64,000 nucleotides of DNA. Origin: Acidobacteriota bacterium. Its GTDB lineage: Bacteria; Acidobacteriota; UBA890; WLXD01. Each line of letters starts with the position of its first letter. Position 1 is the first letter of the stretch. Location of the stretch: the NCBI GenBank assembly GCA_965205505.1, contig CBDBHB010000009.1, forward strand, positions 1,600,001 to 1,664,000, in the 5' to 3' direction. The notes beneath the pieces are model-generated. The model was not told the DNA's origin, searched no databases, and worked only from the letters and a program-made list of their open reading frames with translations. Both the position numbers and the translations under genes were made by a program. This document shows, one piece after another, positions 46,766 through 57,832 of this stretch.

Positions 46766-47044
46766 CTAGTGCTCCTGATCATAAGTACGGTGACGTTTGC
46801 AGGAGCGAGATGCGGGCGAGATCAAGGAAGGGTGAGGAAGGCGATGCCTTAGCCATCCTCGACGAGCCCTGACGCCGAGATCGCCCGCATCTCGCTCCTG
46901 CCCTCCGGGTGGCCGCGGGACCGGCCACCTTGGGCGTCGCGGTGCCTCGACGATACACCCAGCATCGCCCTCGTCGCCGCTCCTACAATTCGCCCCGGTC
47001 GCGCGCGCCACAAACGTCACCGTACTTATGATCAGGAGCACTAG
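46766..47044. mobile_element. MITE (279 bp) with CTAG at both ends and perfect terminal inverted repeats
   Basis: 35-bp perfect IR at 46765-46799 / 47011-47045; internal perfect 21-bp IR at 46799-46819 / 46881-46901; no transposase. Confidence 0.88.
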
Positions 47045-47067
47045 TAGCTCGTCTCGTAGCGAATGGA

Positions 47068-47538
47068 CTACGAGGCCGGTCGGGTCAATGCCCAAAGCGG
47101 TAGAAGACCGAGACAGCCGAAGGTTGCAAGCCTCGTCAACGCGATCTTCTGCCAGGTCGTCCCCCGATCCAAGAGCGCCGCGTCGATCGTCTCCGAATAG
47201 GGTGACGATACGAGCGCCGTGTACCCGGGAAAGATGTAGGCGAGCGAGACGATTGAGATCGCGATCGATCCGACTAGGGCGGAGAGCAGAAGCGTGCGCC
47301 GTGTACTGCGCCAATTTGCCGCGAGCGCTGCAACCAGGAACACGATAGCGAGCGTGTTAGTGATCCGCCAGAACGGTGCCGGATTGTAGACGTACTCGCC
47401 CTGGTACATCGCAAGAGAGGCCGGCGGCGCGGACAGAGCGACGGGGGTGATGGACGCCTGGCTGTAGGCATCGGCGCCGACGAGCAGGTAGTGAGTGACA
47501 ATCGCGCCTATCAGCAGAACGTCTCGGACCCTATCCAT
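47068..47538 (-). CDS. Membrane protein, DUF1772-like
   Basis: About 4 TMs; SAPPASLAMYQG...PFWR motif. Confidence 0.7.
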   Translation of the reverse strand: MDRVRDVLLIGAIVTHYLLVGADAYSQASITPVALSAPPASLAMYQGEYVYNPAPFWRITNTLAIVFLVAALAANWRSTRRTLLLSALVGSIAISIVSLAYIFPGYTALVSSPYSETIDAALLDRGTTWQKIALTRLATFGCLGLLPLWALTRPAS

Positions 47539-47691
47539 GCGGGAATCCCTCTTGTTGCCGCCATCGCCTCGACTTGGGGAAGCCTTCTCCTAGAAGTATT
47601 CGGTTGCACTTCCCGTCCGGGCATAGTTCATGAATCTCGCAGCCAATGCAAAGGGCGGCCGTCGGTCTGTCCATGAGCTACCCTCCGGTGC

Positions 47692-47897
47692 TTGAAGCTC
47701 ACCCCCAGCACCCAGATAGCCCACCTCGACGGCATCTGGATCACGACCTCCTTGGCCCTGCTGCAATGCAACATACGCACGCTGCAGGACCTTTCGCTGG
47801 TGAGCCTGGCAACCACACCGACAGAGATCGACGAGCAGTAGTTGGCGATTCTGCGGAGGCCGGCGAGGTGGCCGGAGTGCAGCATCGGGAGGTGTAG
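47692..47897 (+). pseudogene. Copy D (full length, internal stop plus frameshift) of the small HhH-like ORF family
   Basis: LKLTPSTQIAHLDGIWITTSLALLQCNIRTLQDLSLVSLATTPTEIDEQ*LAIL / EAGEVAGVQHREV*. Confidence 0.75.
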
Positions 47898-47899
47898 AG

Positions 47900-48331
47900 A
47901 TGACTCAAGTGCATGTGGTTCTACCAGAAGACGACGCAACGACGATCTACGGCGCCGGTGATGAGTATCGGTTCCTGATCACAGGCGACCAGTCGAGCGG
48001 CCGGTACTTCGCCATGGAGGCGTTTGTACCACCGGGAGCTGGACCACCGCCTCACATCCAGAATCGGGAAGAAGAGGCCTTCTACGTGCTATCCGGCGAG
48101 GTGGTTTTCTACGCGAATGGTCAGCGTATCTCCGGAAAAGCAGGGACGTTTCTTCACGTACCGCGCGGAGTACCACACCGTTTCAAGAACGAATCGACTG
48201 CCGATTCGAGGCTCTTGATATGGTTCGGACCAGCGGGGATAGAGGCGATGATGGAGCGCATGGCGGCAGACCCAGACAACTATGTTGCGATTGGCGCCGA
48301 GCATGGGGTTGAGTTCGTCGACGAGGCTTGA
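47900..48331 (+). CDS. Cupin-domain protein (quercetinase-like)
   Basis: GPPPHIQNREEEAFYVLSG and PRGVPHRFKN motifs. Confidence 0.9.
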   Translation: MTQVHVVLPEDDATTIYGAGDEYRFLITGDQSSGRYFAMEAFVPPGAGPPPHIQNREEEAFYVLSGEVVFYANGQRISGKAGTFLHVPRGVPHRFKNESTADSRLLIWFGPAGIEAMMERMAADPDNYVAIGAEHGVEFVDEA

Positions 48332-48345
48332 CGACCTCGCCCCAA

Positions 48346-48432
48346 ACCCCGTCGAAGATCCCAGAGCAGCAGCTGGCGATTCTGCTGGAGGCTGCTGAGG
48401 TGGAGCCGCGGGAGCTGCAGCTCAGGTACTAG
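48346..48432 (+). repeat. Copy E (3' part) of the small-ORF repeat family
   Basis: TPSKIPEQQLAILLEAAEV...RELQ; GAGCAGCAGCTGGCGATTCTGC matches copy D GAGCAGTAGTTGGCGATTCTGC. Confidence 0.78.
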
Positions 48433-48626
48433 TGTCCTGAGTCAGGAATCCGTTGCATATTGCTGCCCCTATATCGTCCCAGCCTTCCGGGTGGCGGCGG
48501 GACCGGCCGCCTCCGGCGTCGGCGCTCCTCGACGATGCTCATTGCATCGCTGTCGTCGCGCCTCCTGGGATCCGGCTTGGTCGCGCTCGCCACAATATGC
48601 AACGGATCCCTGAATCAGGACACTAG
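48429..48626. mobile_element. MITE (198 bp) with CTAG ends, related to the 46766 element
   Basis: 34-bp IR with 2 mismatches (48429-48462 / 48593-48626); interior CCGGGTGG..GCGGGACCGGCC...CCTCGACGAT...GCATCGC..TCGTCGC shared with the first MITE. Confidence 0.88.
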
Positions 48627-48700
48627 CCGGCCTTGCGTCGGTCCTCTGGCTCCGCGTCCTCGAAGTCGGTCGCGGTCGTTTGCCGGAGTCTCAGCGGCGA

Positions 48701-49636
48701 TCACCCTGAGGCTCCTGGCGTCTGCGCTGCCAGCTTGCGGAAGTAGAGCGCCAGTCCTCTCCACGAATCGCCGGCCCCGCCTTCGTTCAGATACACGTCG
48801 ACGTCGCCCGCCAGGGTCGCCTCGAGGTCAACTCGCACGCGCCGGCAAAACCGTTCCACGTGCCCCTCGTCGTCATCTGTGTCGCTTTGCAGATCGGCGC
48901 GCACGATCGCCGCCCAGTCGGCCAGCCGCCGCTGGTGTTCGTCAATGTGCGGCGCCACCGGGCGGGCGGGACCGAAATGGGTGAGGCACAGGAGAGTAGG
49001 ATTCCAGGCACGGATCTTGGCAGCGGAGTCCTCCCATCCTGCAAGGTCGACGTCCGCCGGTGGCGTGGCCGGCATGACGTAGGGACGGTTGTCGATACGG
49101 ATGCCGAGCGTGTCGCCAACATAGGCCGCGCCCGTGCTCGGGTCGAAGTAGCCGACGTGATGCTTGGCATGGCCCGGCGTGTGCTCTACGACGATCTCCC
49201 GAGCGCCGATGTGGATGGCTTCGCCACCGTCGAGCGCTTCGACATTGGCCTCTGTAACGCCCACGAACTCGCCCCATAGCTCGTCCATCATGTCTCCGTA
49301 GACGCGCTCGGCGCTGGCCAGCAGCCGTGTAGGGTCGGTCATGTGGGGGGCCCCGCGGCGATGCACGTAGACGCGGATCGACGGGTTGCGAGCCACCAGC
49401 GTGCCGGTGGCTCCGGCATGGTCGAGGTGGATGTGGGTGAGCAGAATGGCGCTGACATTGTCGATCGACAGACCTCCGAGCCGCAGCCCGTCTTCGAGGG
49501 CCGCCAGTGTCGACGTGGGGCCAGGATCCACCAGCGCGACGCCGTCGCCGGTCTCGATGACGTAGCAGCCGAGGTACTCGGGGCTGCCACGAAAGCGCAA
49601 GTCGATCAAATGCGTTCCCGGGGCGATCGGCCTCAC
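48701..49636 (-). CDS. MBL-fold metallo-hydrolase
   Basis: THIHLDHAG, TPGHAKHH, VGD and THFG motifs; GTG start overlaps the upstream stop. Confidence 0.92.
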   Translation of the reverse strand: MRPIAPGTHLIDLRFRGSPEYLGCYVIETGDGVALVDPGPTSTLAALEDGLRLGGLSIDNVSAILLTHIHLDHAGATGTLVARNPSIRVYVHRRGAPHMTDPTRLLASAERVYGDMMDELWGEFVGVTEANVEALDGGEAIHIGAREIVVEHTPGHAKHHVGYFDPSTGAAYVGDTLGIRIDNRPYVMPATPPADVDLAGWEDSAAKIRAWNPTLLCLTHFGPARPVAPHIDEHQRRLADWAAIVRADLQSDTDDDEGHVERFCRRVRVDLEATLAGDVDVYLNEGGAGDSWRGLALYFRKLAAQTPGASG

Positions 49637-51270
49637 GAGTCGAGCCAGTAGTCTTTGTAGGTCTCGCGCAAGACCAACTTCTTGAACTTGCCGGTGGAGG
49701 TTCGCGGAATGGTGTCGGTGATCTCCATCGCGTCCGGAAGCCACCAGCTGGCGAAGTGCGGGCGCAGGTAGTCGCGCATCTGTTCGAGCGTCATCGTCTG
49801 TCCGTCTACCAGCACCACCACGGCCAACGGACGCTCGCTCCACTTCGGGTGTTCCACCGGGATCACCGCCGCCTCGGCGATGCTCGGGTGGCCCATGAGG
49901 GCATTCTCGAGCGCGATCGAGCTGATCCACTCGCCGCCCGACTTGATGAGGTCCTTCGATCGGTCCTCGATGCGCACGTAGCCTTGCTCATCGATGCTCA
50001 CGATATCGCCGGTCCGAAACCAACCGTCATCGGTAAAGCTCTCGCTGCCCTGATCGCTTTCGTAGTAGGCGCTGGCGACCCACGGGCCGCGGACCTCGAG
50101 CTCTCCCATGGTTGCCCCGTCCCACGGCACCAGTCCGTCGTCGCCACGAGCGCGCAGGTCAACCAGCGGGGACATGCGTCCCTGCTTGGCGCGCAGCGCC
50201 AGGCGCTCATCGCGATCGAGTTCATCGTTGGCGGGCCCGACCCTACAGATCGTTCCCAGGGGAGATGTCTCGGTCATGCCCCAGGCGTGTACCACCTGTA
50301 GGTCGTGGCGCTCTTCGAGCGCCTGGATCATGGCAGGCGGAGCGGCGGCGCCGCCCACGATCATCAGATCCAGAGCGCTGAGGTCATAGCGATCGGGCTC
50401 GGCGTCGAGATGTTCGAGGATCCCCATCCAGATCGTCGGGACACCGGCAGTGATGGTCACCTGCTCGCTGGCGAAGAGCTCGCACAGGCTCTCCGGATCG
50501 AGATGAGGGCCGGGGAACACTTGCTTGGCACCGAGCATCAAGCAGACGTACGGCGTGCCCCACGCGTTGACGTGGAACATCGGAACCACAGGCAGCATCA
50601 CGCTGCGCTCGTTGATGCCGAACATGTCGGCCAGACCTAGCGCCATGGCATGCAGGATCATCGACCGATGGGAATACACCACCCCCTTCGGCAACCCTGT
50701 GGTGCCTGACGTGTAGCACATTGCCGCCGCGTCGTTCTCGTCCAGGTCGACGACGCGATAGTCGTCCGGGTCGGCCTCGGCGATCAGCGCCTCGTAATCG
50801 AGCATGCCGTCCGGTAACTCGGGCGCGGCGACCCCTTCGGGCAGCTGTGACATCACCACGATTCGCTCCGCATCGATCCGGTCTATTACCTTCTCGAGCA
50901 GTGGTAGCAGGGTGGCGTCGGCGAGAATCAGCCGGTCGTCGGCGTGATTGATGATGTAGGCGAGGTCGTCCGGGTGCAGCCGGAGGTTCAACGTGTGGAG
51001 GACAGCGCCCATCGCCGGCACCCCGAGATACGCCTCCAGGTGCTGGTAGTGAGTCCACGCCAGGGTGCCGACACGGTCGCCCTTACCGATCCCCCGCTGG
51101 CGGAGTGCCACGGCGAGTCGGCGCGCCCGTTGCGCGAAGTCGCCGATGGTGTAGCGGTGGATCGACTTGTCCGGCCTGCGCGACACGATTTCGCGATGCG
51201 AATAAAGGCTCTCGGCACGGTCGAGAAGAATCGGCAGCGTTAGCTGATAGTCCATCATCAGACCGCGCAT
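49633..51270 (-). CDS. Medium/long-chain acyl-CoA ligase (AlkK/DmdB-like)
   Basis: [40 protein letters not shown] and TSTGK motifs. Confidence 0.93.
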   Translation of the reverse strand: MRGLMMDYQLTLPILLDRAESLYSHREIVSRRPDKSIHRYTIGDFAQRARRLAVALRQRGIGKGDRVGTLAWTHYQHLEAYLGVPAMGAVLHTLNLRLHPDDLAYIINHADDRLILADATLLPLLEKVIDRIDAERIVVMSQLPEGVAAPELPDGMLDYEALIAEADPDDYRVVDLDENDAAAMCYTSGTTGLPKGVVYSHRSMILHAMALGLADMFGINERSVMLPVVPMFHVNAWGTPYVCLMLGAKQVFPGPHLDPESLCELFASEQVTITAGVPTIWMGILEHLDAEPDRYDLSALDLMIVGGAAAPPAMIQALEERHDLQVVHAWGMTETSPLGTICRVGPANDELDRDERLALRAKQGRMSPLVDLRARGDDGLVPWDGATMGELEVRGPWVASAYYESDQGSESFTDDGWFRTGDIVSIDEQGYVRIEDRSKDLIKSGGEWISSIALENALMGHPSIAEAAVIPVEHPKWSERPLAVVVLVDGQTMTLEQMRDYLRPHFASWWLPDAMEITDTIPRTSTGKFKKLVLRETYKDYWLDS

Positions 51271-51376
51271 GGTCGGCTCCCAGACGGGTTAATCGGATGG
51301 TGTCGTGGCGCGTCCCGGCCCTGTTGCCCGGCGCGCTGCCGGGGGGGCACGGCGGCCCAAAGCATATACTTCGCTC

Positions 51377-54300
51377 ATGCCGCTGCAGAACTTTCACCCC
51401 GCCGTCGCCGCCTGGTTTCAACGCACCTTCGATACGCCTACCGAGCCGCAGGTGCGGGGCTGGCCAGCAATTCAGTCAGGTCGCCATGCCCTCATCGCAG
51501 CCCCGGCCGGGTCGGGAAAGACGCTGGCCGCGTTTCTCGCCGCGATCGACGATTTGGTGCGGCAAGGCCTCGATGGAAGTCTCGATGATGCCACTCAGGT
51601 GGTCTACGTATCGCCGCTGAAGGCGCTGTCCAACGATGTGCGCAAGAACCTTCGGCTGCCGCTCGAGGGGATCGCCTGCGAGTTGCTGGCGCGCGGTCTG
51701 TCGAGCCCGGAGATCCGCACCGCCGTACGTAGCGGCGATACCCCGTCGTCCGAGCGGCAGCGCATGCTCCGGACCCCGCCGCATATCCTCGTGACCACGC
51801 CGGAGTCTCTCTACCTGCTACTTACCTCAGACGGCGGTCGGGCGATGCTGTCGACGGTGAGGACGGTCATCGTCGACGAGATCCACGCGGTTGCCGACGA
51901 CAAGCGCGGATCGCATCTGGCGTTGACGCTCGAGCGGCTCGAAGCCCTGGTGGCGGGTCCACTGCTCCGCGTCGGCCTGTCGGCTACACAGAAGCCGATC
52001 GATGAGGTCGCCCGGTTCCTCGTGGGGCAACGGCACCTCGACGCGCAGGGTTGCCCCGACTGCGAGATCATCGACGCCGTCGGTCGACGGGACATGGATC
52101 TTGCGGTCGAGATGCCCGGATCGCCTCTCGAGGCGGTCATGGCTGGCGAGGTCTGGGACGAGATTTACGATCGTCTGGCCGCACTTGTCGGAGAGCACCG
52201 CACGACCCTCATTTTTGTCAATACCCGCCGCATGGCCGAACGCATCGCCAAGCAGCTGAGCGAGCGGCTTGGCGAGCGGGCGGTAACGTCGCATCATGGC
52301 TCGCTGTCGGTAGAGCAACGCCTCGACGCCGAGACACGCCTCAAGGAGGGAAGCCTGTCGGCGCTGGTTGCTACGGCATCGCTGGAGCTCGGCATCGACA
52401 TCGGTGCGATCGACCTGGTGGTCCAGATGGGCTCGCCACGGTCAATCAACACGTTGCTACAGCGCGTCGGAAGAGCCAGCCACCATGTGGGCGGAATCCC
52501 CAAGGGCAGATTGTTTCCGCTGTCGCGGGACGAGCTCATCGAGTGCATCACGGCCATCGATGCGGCAAGGAGGGGCGAGCTCGATCGGCTCGTGGTTCCT
52601 CAAAAACCGCTAGACATTCTGGCGCAGCAGATCGTCGCCTGCGCGGCGGCGGAGGAATGGTCCGAGGATGAGCTGTTTGACCTGGTCCGAGCCGCCTACC
52701 CGTTTCGTGACCTGTCGCGTGAGGAGTTCGACAGCACCGTCGACATGCTTGCCGAAGGCTTCAGCACGCGGCGTGGACAGCGCGGGCGGTATCTGCACCT
52801 CGATGCAGTGAACCACCGTATCCGTGGTCGGCGTGGCGCACGGCTGGCCGCGCTCACCTGCGGCGGGGCGATACCGGACGCCTTCGAGTTCAAGGTCGTT
52901 CAGGAGCCACAAGGGATTCAGGTGGGCACGCTCGACGAGGATTTTGCCATCGAGAGCCTCCCGGGAGACATCTTCCAGCTGGGCAACACCTCCTGGCGGA
53001 TTCTACGCATCGAGACCGGTACGGTTCGTGTAGAGGATGCCAGGGGGCAGCCGCCCAGCCTGCCGTTCTGGTTGGGCGAGGCCCCAGGGCGTACCAAGGA
53101 GCTGTCCGAGGCGGTGTCGCGCCTGCGGGCCGAGGTCGACGCCAGACTGGGACCGATTGTACACGCCCCACCTGGCGACGATTCCGTGGCTCTCGAGAAC
53201 GGCGATCTCGGGCCCACCGACAACCCCGGAAGCGCGCTAGATCCCAGTGCCGTGAGGGCGACGATCGAATGGCTTCGCGACGAGGTTGGAATCGGCGAGG
53301 TGGCGGCAGCGGCGGCGACCGAGTACCTGGCCGCATCGCGAGTGGCGTTGGCGTCGATGCCGACGCGCGACAACATCGTCATGGAGCGTTTCTTCGATGA
53401 GGCCGGCGACATGCACCTCGTGGTGCACTCTCCGTTCGGCATGCGGGTCAATCGTGCCTGGGGTCTGGCGTTACGCAAGGTGTTCTGCCGCACCTTCAAC
53501 TTCGAGCTGCAGGCGGCCGCCAGCGACGATGCGTTGATCCTGTCGCTCGGGCCGACGCACAGCTTTCCGCTAGAGGAGGTCTTTCAATACCTGCAGCCGG
53601 GGAGCGTGCGCGACAAGCTCGTGCAGGCCTTTCTCGACGCGCCGATGTTCCCGATTCGATGGCGGTGGAATGCGACCCGCTCGTTGGCGGTCAAGCGCTG
53701 GGTGGGCGGCAAGCGGCTTGCACCGACGCTGCAACGCATGGATGCGGAGGACCTACTGGCTGTTATCTTCCCGGACTCCCTGGCCTGCCTGGAGAACATC
53801 CAGGGCGCACGTGAGATTCCGGACCATCCGCTCATCGACCAGACGATTCGCGATTGCCTGCAGGAGGCCATGGACTTCGACGAGTTCAAGGCTTTGCTCA
53901 CCGAGATCGCCGACGGCAAGAAAACGCTGATAGCGCGCGACGTACGCGAGCCCTCCCCGCTGGCCTACGAGATCATTGCTGCGAAGCCCTACGCCTTCCT
54001 CGACGACGCTCCGCTGGAGGAGCGTCGCACGCTCGCCATTCAGACCCGTCGTCTCGCCGACCCGCAATCCGCTGACGACTTGTCGGCGCTCGATCAGGGG
54101 GCGATCGACCGGGTTCGCAACGAGGCCTGGCCCGGCGCGGAAAGCCCGGACGAGCTACACGATGCGCTCTTGCTGCACGGGTTCGTCAGCGAGACGGAAG
54201 GCGAGTCGTGGTCGGATTACTTCGCGGCCTTGGTGCGCGACCAGCGGGCCACGACAGCGATACTGGGAGAGCTGGATCGCCCCATGCAGGAGCGTTGCAG

Positions 54301-55898
54301 GGTATGGATCGCGGCGGAAAGGCTGCCGCAGTACGACGCCCTGCTCGGGCCACCAGGTGACCGGTGGGAGATGGTGCCGGAGATCGTGGCTCCGGTGCGC
54401 TCGACTCGCCGGGAGTGGTCGGCCGAGCAAGCGTTGATCGAGATCATCAGGGGGCGCCTGCAGGCGTTGGGCCCGGTGACCGTGCCCCAGATTGTCGACT
54501 CGCTGGGTGTCGACACTCGCCGAGTCGACGCGGCGCTCCTGGGTCTCGAGGCCGAGGGATTCGTGTTCCGCAGCCACTTTACCCCCGGCCTCGAGGTTAC
54601 CGAGTGGTGCGAGCGGCGGCTGCTCTCGCGGATCCACCGCTATACCCTCAATCGTCTCCGCGCCGAGATCGAGCCCGTGCGAGCGCGCGACTTCATGCGC
54701 TTCCTGTTCGCCTGGCAGCGCGTCGCGCCCGGCGAGCAGGCCGAGGGGCCCGCGAGCCTCGCCGGGCTCCTGGGGCAACTCGAGGGGTTCGAGGTGCCGG
54801 CGGGGGCCTGGGAGTCGGAAATCTTGCCGGCTCGATTGCTGCAATACGATCCGGTGTGGCTCGATACGCTCTGCCTCTCGGGCCGGGTGGCCTGGGGCCG
54901 TCTCTCACCGCCTGGTGGGGGGCCGCGGGTCAGCCCGCGGTCGGGGCCGATCCGCAGCACACCCATTGCATTGGTGACGCGCCCCAACCTCGATCTGTGG
55001 GAGGCGCTCGCTCCCGGTGCCAACCCGCCGGATCTGGAGCTTTCGTCCGCGGCGCGGCTAACGCATGCTGCTCTGCATCGGGATGGTGCCAGTTTCTTCG
55101 GCGACCTCGCTCGTGCGACCCGACTGCTCGACAGCCAACTCGAGGATGCCCTCGGTGAGCTCGCGGCGTGGGGCCTGGTAACGGCGGACTCCTTTACCGG
55201 CCTCCGAGCCCTGCTGGTGCCATCGAGTCGTCGGCGACCAGGCAAGGGTGCCAAGCGCCGCGGCCGCACGGCAATCTTCGGAATGGAGAACGCCGGTCGC
55301 TGGTCACTGGTGCGGGCCAGCTCCGACGGCCTACTCGAGGGCGATGCCGAGCGGGTTGACGCGCCAGCCAGTGGTGGCCGCGTGCCGGAGAACGGACGCC
55401 AACTCGCCTCGAATGTCGTCGAGGCTGCCGCCGAGATCTATTTGCGGCGCTACGGGTTGGTCTTCCGTCGTCTGCTGACGCGGGAGGCTACGGCGCCACC
55501 GTGGCGCGATCTCGTGCGTGTCTATCGCTGTATGGAAGCGCGCGGGGAGATTCGCGGCGGTCGTTTCGTGGCCGGCTTTCAGGGAGAACAATTCGCGTTG
55601 CCGGAGGCGGTGGGACGCCTGCGAAAAATCCGGCGGCAGAAGGATGAGGCGCTCATCTCGCTGAGTGGTGCCGACCCGCTCAACCTTGTCGGCATCGTCA
55701 CGCCGGGTAGTCGCGTTGCCGCGCTCACCGACAACCGGGTGCTGTACCGGGCGGGAATCCCGGTTGCCGTTCGATTAAGCTGGCGAGGTGCGGTTCCTCG
55801 TCGACGAGGAGCCCGACGTCCGTTGGCAGTTGCAGCGCGCGCTGGTGCGGCGGAGCGTGCCGCCACAGCTGCGGGCCTATCTCGGTCGACCCGCCTGA
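51377..55898 (+). CDS. lhr: Lhr-family ATP-dependent helicase, frameshift near 55777
   Basis: AGSGKT, SPLKAL, TTPESL, DEIH, LSAT, LELGID and QRVGR motifs plus C-terminal wHTH/glycosylase-like region. Removing one base restores ...LAGEVRFL...YLGRPA* at 55898. Confidence 0.92.
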
Positions 55899-55899
55899 T

Positions 55900-55999
55900 T
55901 CGTCCACGACGGGCACCGTATCGCCGTCCTCATCGCGCTCTGAGCTTGCCCCCATCTCGACCCAGCAATATGCAACGATCATCTGTTGCAGGCCGCTAG
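55900..55999. repeat. Right-half remnant of the CTAG MITE family
   Basis: CAATATGCAACG...CAGGCCGCTAG resembles the right end of the 48429 MITE; its CTAG contains the nuclease stop codon. Confidence 0.6.
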
Positions 56000-56946
56000 A
56001 AGTTGGCCTGCAGCAATCGCGCGAGCCGATGGCCCGCCAGCAACGCACGGTGCTCTGCGATAGGCCGGATGGCATCGAGGTAGCCTGACGGAAGCAGGGT
56101 GCCGGAATTCCGCGTGCCACCGCGCAGCTGGCCGCTCAAGTACACGTGCTCTACCGCCATTTGTGCGCCCTCGGCGGCCCACGCCTCGAAGTCGGCGCTG
56201 CCGACGAGTGCCCCTCCGTCGGTCATCGACGCTGCTGCGCGGCCGCGGATCTCGATGGCGCGGTTGCGAACCTCTCGAAAGCGGTCGGTTCCGATTACGA
56301 GTGCATCCCAGAGCTGATGCAAGTTGATCGTGTCCTCGCCCGGTCGCACGCGGATGTAAAAGGAATTGCCGCCTCGATCGCCCTCGGGGTAGCGCTCGGT
56401 GGTCAGGGCAACGCTGTGCAAGGGCTGATGGATGTCGCCAACGAGGTGAAAGAGCCAGGTCAACGCCAGGGCGCGATCGGCGGCGCTGGCGCTCGACGCC
56501 AGCCGGTCCCTGTTATCGCGCAGCGCGTTGAGCAGGTCTCCGTCGCCGCTTGCCTTGGGCGGAGTCAGCTCGGGTGGCGAGTAGTGGTAGTTGACGTAGT
56601 GCCACGTCGGGCGGCTATGGCTCTCGTGCCGTCCAGAGCGGATGTCGTCGGCCCACCGTGCGGCGCGCATGAAGATCGCCTGTCCGCGGTCGTCGTTGTC
56701 CAGGTTCCACTCGCGCGGCGGTGCCAGCCGGTCGGTGAAGTGCGGGTGCTGCTCGAGCAGCTCGATCACCGCGCGCAGCGTGGCTGGATCGGACTGTCGG
56801 AGCTCCTGGTAGGCGATGGCCGCGGTGACCATGTGGCCCTGGGGGCTCCATGCTGCCGCGTTGGGGGAGCTCCCAAGCACGAGAACCACGCATACCGAAA
56901 CCAACATCAACGGACGTCGCTGCAATGCACCGCTCCTGTGTGCCAC
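55996..56946 (-). CDS. S1/P1 nuclease, secreted
   Basis: Mature N-terminus W-S-P-Q-G-H; [23 protein letters not shown] and NLHQLWD motifs. Confidence 0.95.
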   Translation of the reverse strand: MAHRSGALQRRPLMLVSVCVVLVLGSSPNAAAWSPQGHMVTAAIAYQELRQSDPATLRAVIELLEQHPHFTDRLAPPREWNLDNDDRGQAIFMRAARWADDIRSGRHESHSRPTWHYVNYHYSPPELTPPKASGDGDLLNALRDNRDRLASSASAADRALALTWLFHLVGDIHQPLHSVALTTERYPEGDRGGNSFYIRVRPGEDTINLHQLWDALVIGTDRFREVRNRAIEIRGRAAASMTDGGALVGSADFEAWAAEGAQMAVEHVYLSGQLRGGTRNSGTLLPSGYLDAIRPIAEHRALLAGHRLARLLQANF

Positions 56947-56965
56947 TCGAGATCCGCAATGTAGT

Positions 56966-57011
56966 CTAGTGGCCTGTTACAGGCCACTAGTCCCCTGTTA
57001 CAGGCCACCAG
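56966..57011. repeat. Tandem collapsed MITE-end palindromes
   Basis: CTAGTGGCCTGT-T-ACAGGCCACTAG (56966-56990) followed by a degenerate second unit sharing the CTAG. Confidence 0.72.
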
Positions 57012-57174
57012 CGCCTGACGTGTGGTTGGCGGCCGCACGACTGCGCCAGTACCTGGGACGAGGCGGGTTCCTGATGATGCAACCATGGTCGGAGAACAGA
57101 GCCGCGCATCCCGCCACCCGTCCACTAACACGTCGGATGGACAGGTTGCTCGATCCACTGCTCAGGCGTTAGCG

Positions 57175-57507
57175 GTGACCGACGAGCGGGATCCGATCGA
57201 GCGCGCCGAGCGCACCACGATGGCTCAGGACGCGCAACTCGATGCCCAGGAAGTGATCGGGCCCTACCGAATCCTCCAGAAGATCGGCGAGGGCGGCATG
57301 GGCGATGTCTACCTGGCCGAGCAGATCGAGCCCGTGCGCCGCCGCGTGGCCCTGAAGACGATCAAGCACGGTATGGACACCAAGCAGGTCGTGGCGCGTT
57401 TCGAGTCCGAGCGCCAAGCCTTGGCTATGATGGATCACCCATGCATCGCCAAGGTGTTCGACGCCGGAGCAACCGAGAGCGGGCGGCCGTACTTCGTCAT
57501 GGAGTGA
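57175..57507 (+). pseudogene. Ser/Thr protein kinase, 5' fragment truncated at subdomain V by an insertion
   Basis: IGPYRIL...GEGGMG...VALK...RFESE...HPCIAKV...RPYFVME then a stop and non-coding sequence. Confidence 0.9.
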
Positions 57508-57679
57508 TGACACGCTTGACGATTCTTTCTATCCCTTGACGTGGCTTGAACTTACGGGCTGGTGGTATTGACGCTAGTTGCGCCTGTTTGACGCTGTTTG
57601 AACCAAAAATGTCATAGAAAACGTCATCGTCCTGCTCACCCCGGGCGGCGGAGTGCACCAATGCGCCGCCAGCAGTTAT

Positions 57680-57832
57680 GGAAGCAGCGCTGGCTCATGT
57701 AGCGTGCGAGCCGACGGACACTCTTCGTTCAACATCACGATTGACGTCTACGGCCACCTGATCCCTAATGCGAAGCATCTACTCGACGAGGTCGAGAGCC
57801 TCCGTAGGGGATGCATCTACGGGACCTCGTAG
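57680..57832 (+). pseudogene. Tyrosine integrase C-terminal remnant
   Basis: Manual translation from 57716: GHSSFNITIDVYGHLIP (box II His and catalytic Tyr). Confidence 0.75.

Noticed and set aside
45513-48626. Classical integron cassette array
   Set aside because: I saw no RYYYAAC...GTTRRRY attC structures and no intI; genes are in mixed orientation and the repeats look protein-coding.
51377-56946. Lhr helicase plus S1/P1 nuclease as a helicase-nuclease defence system
   Set aside because: The genes are convergent, the nuclease has a secretion signal, and Lhr is a common repair helicase.
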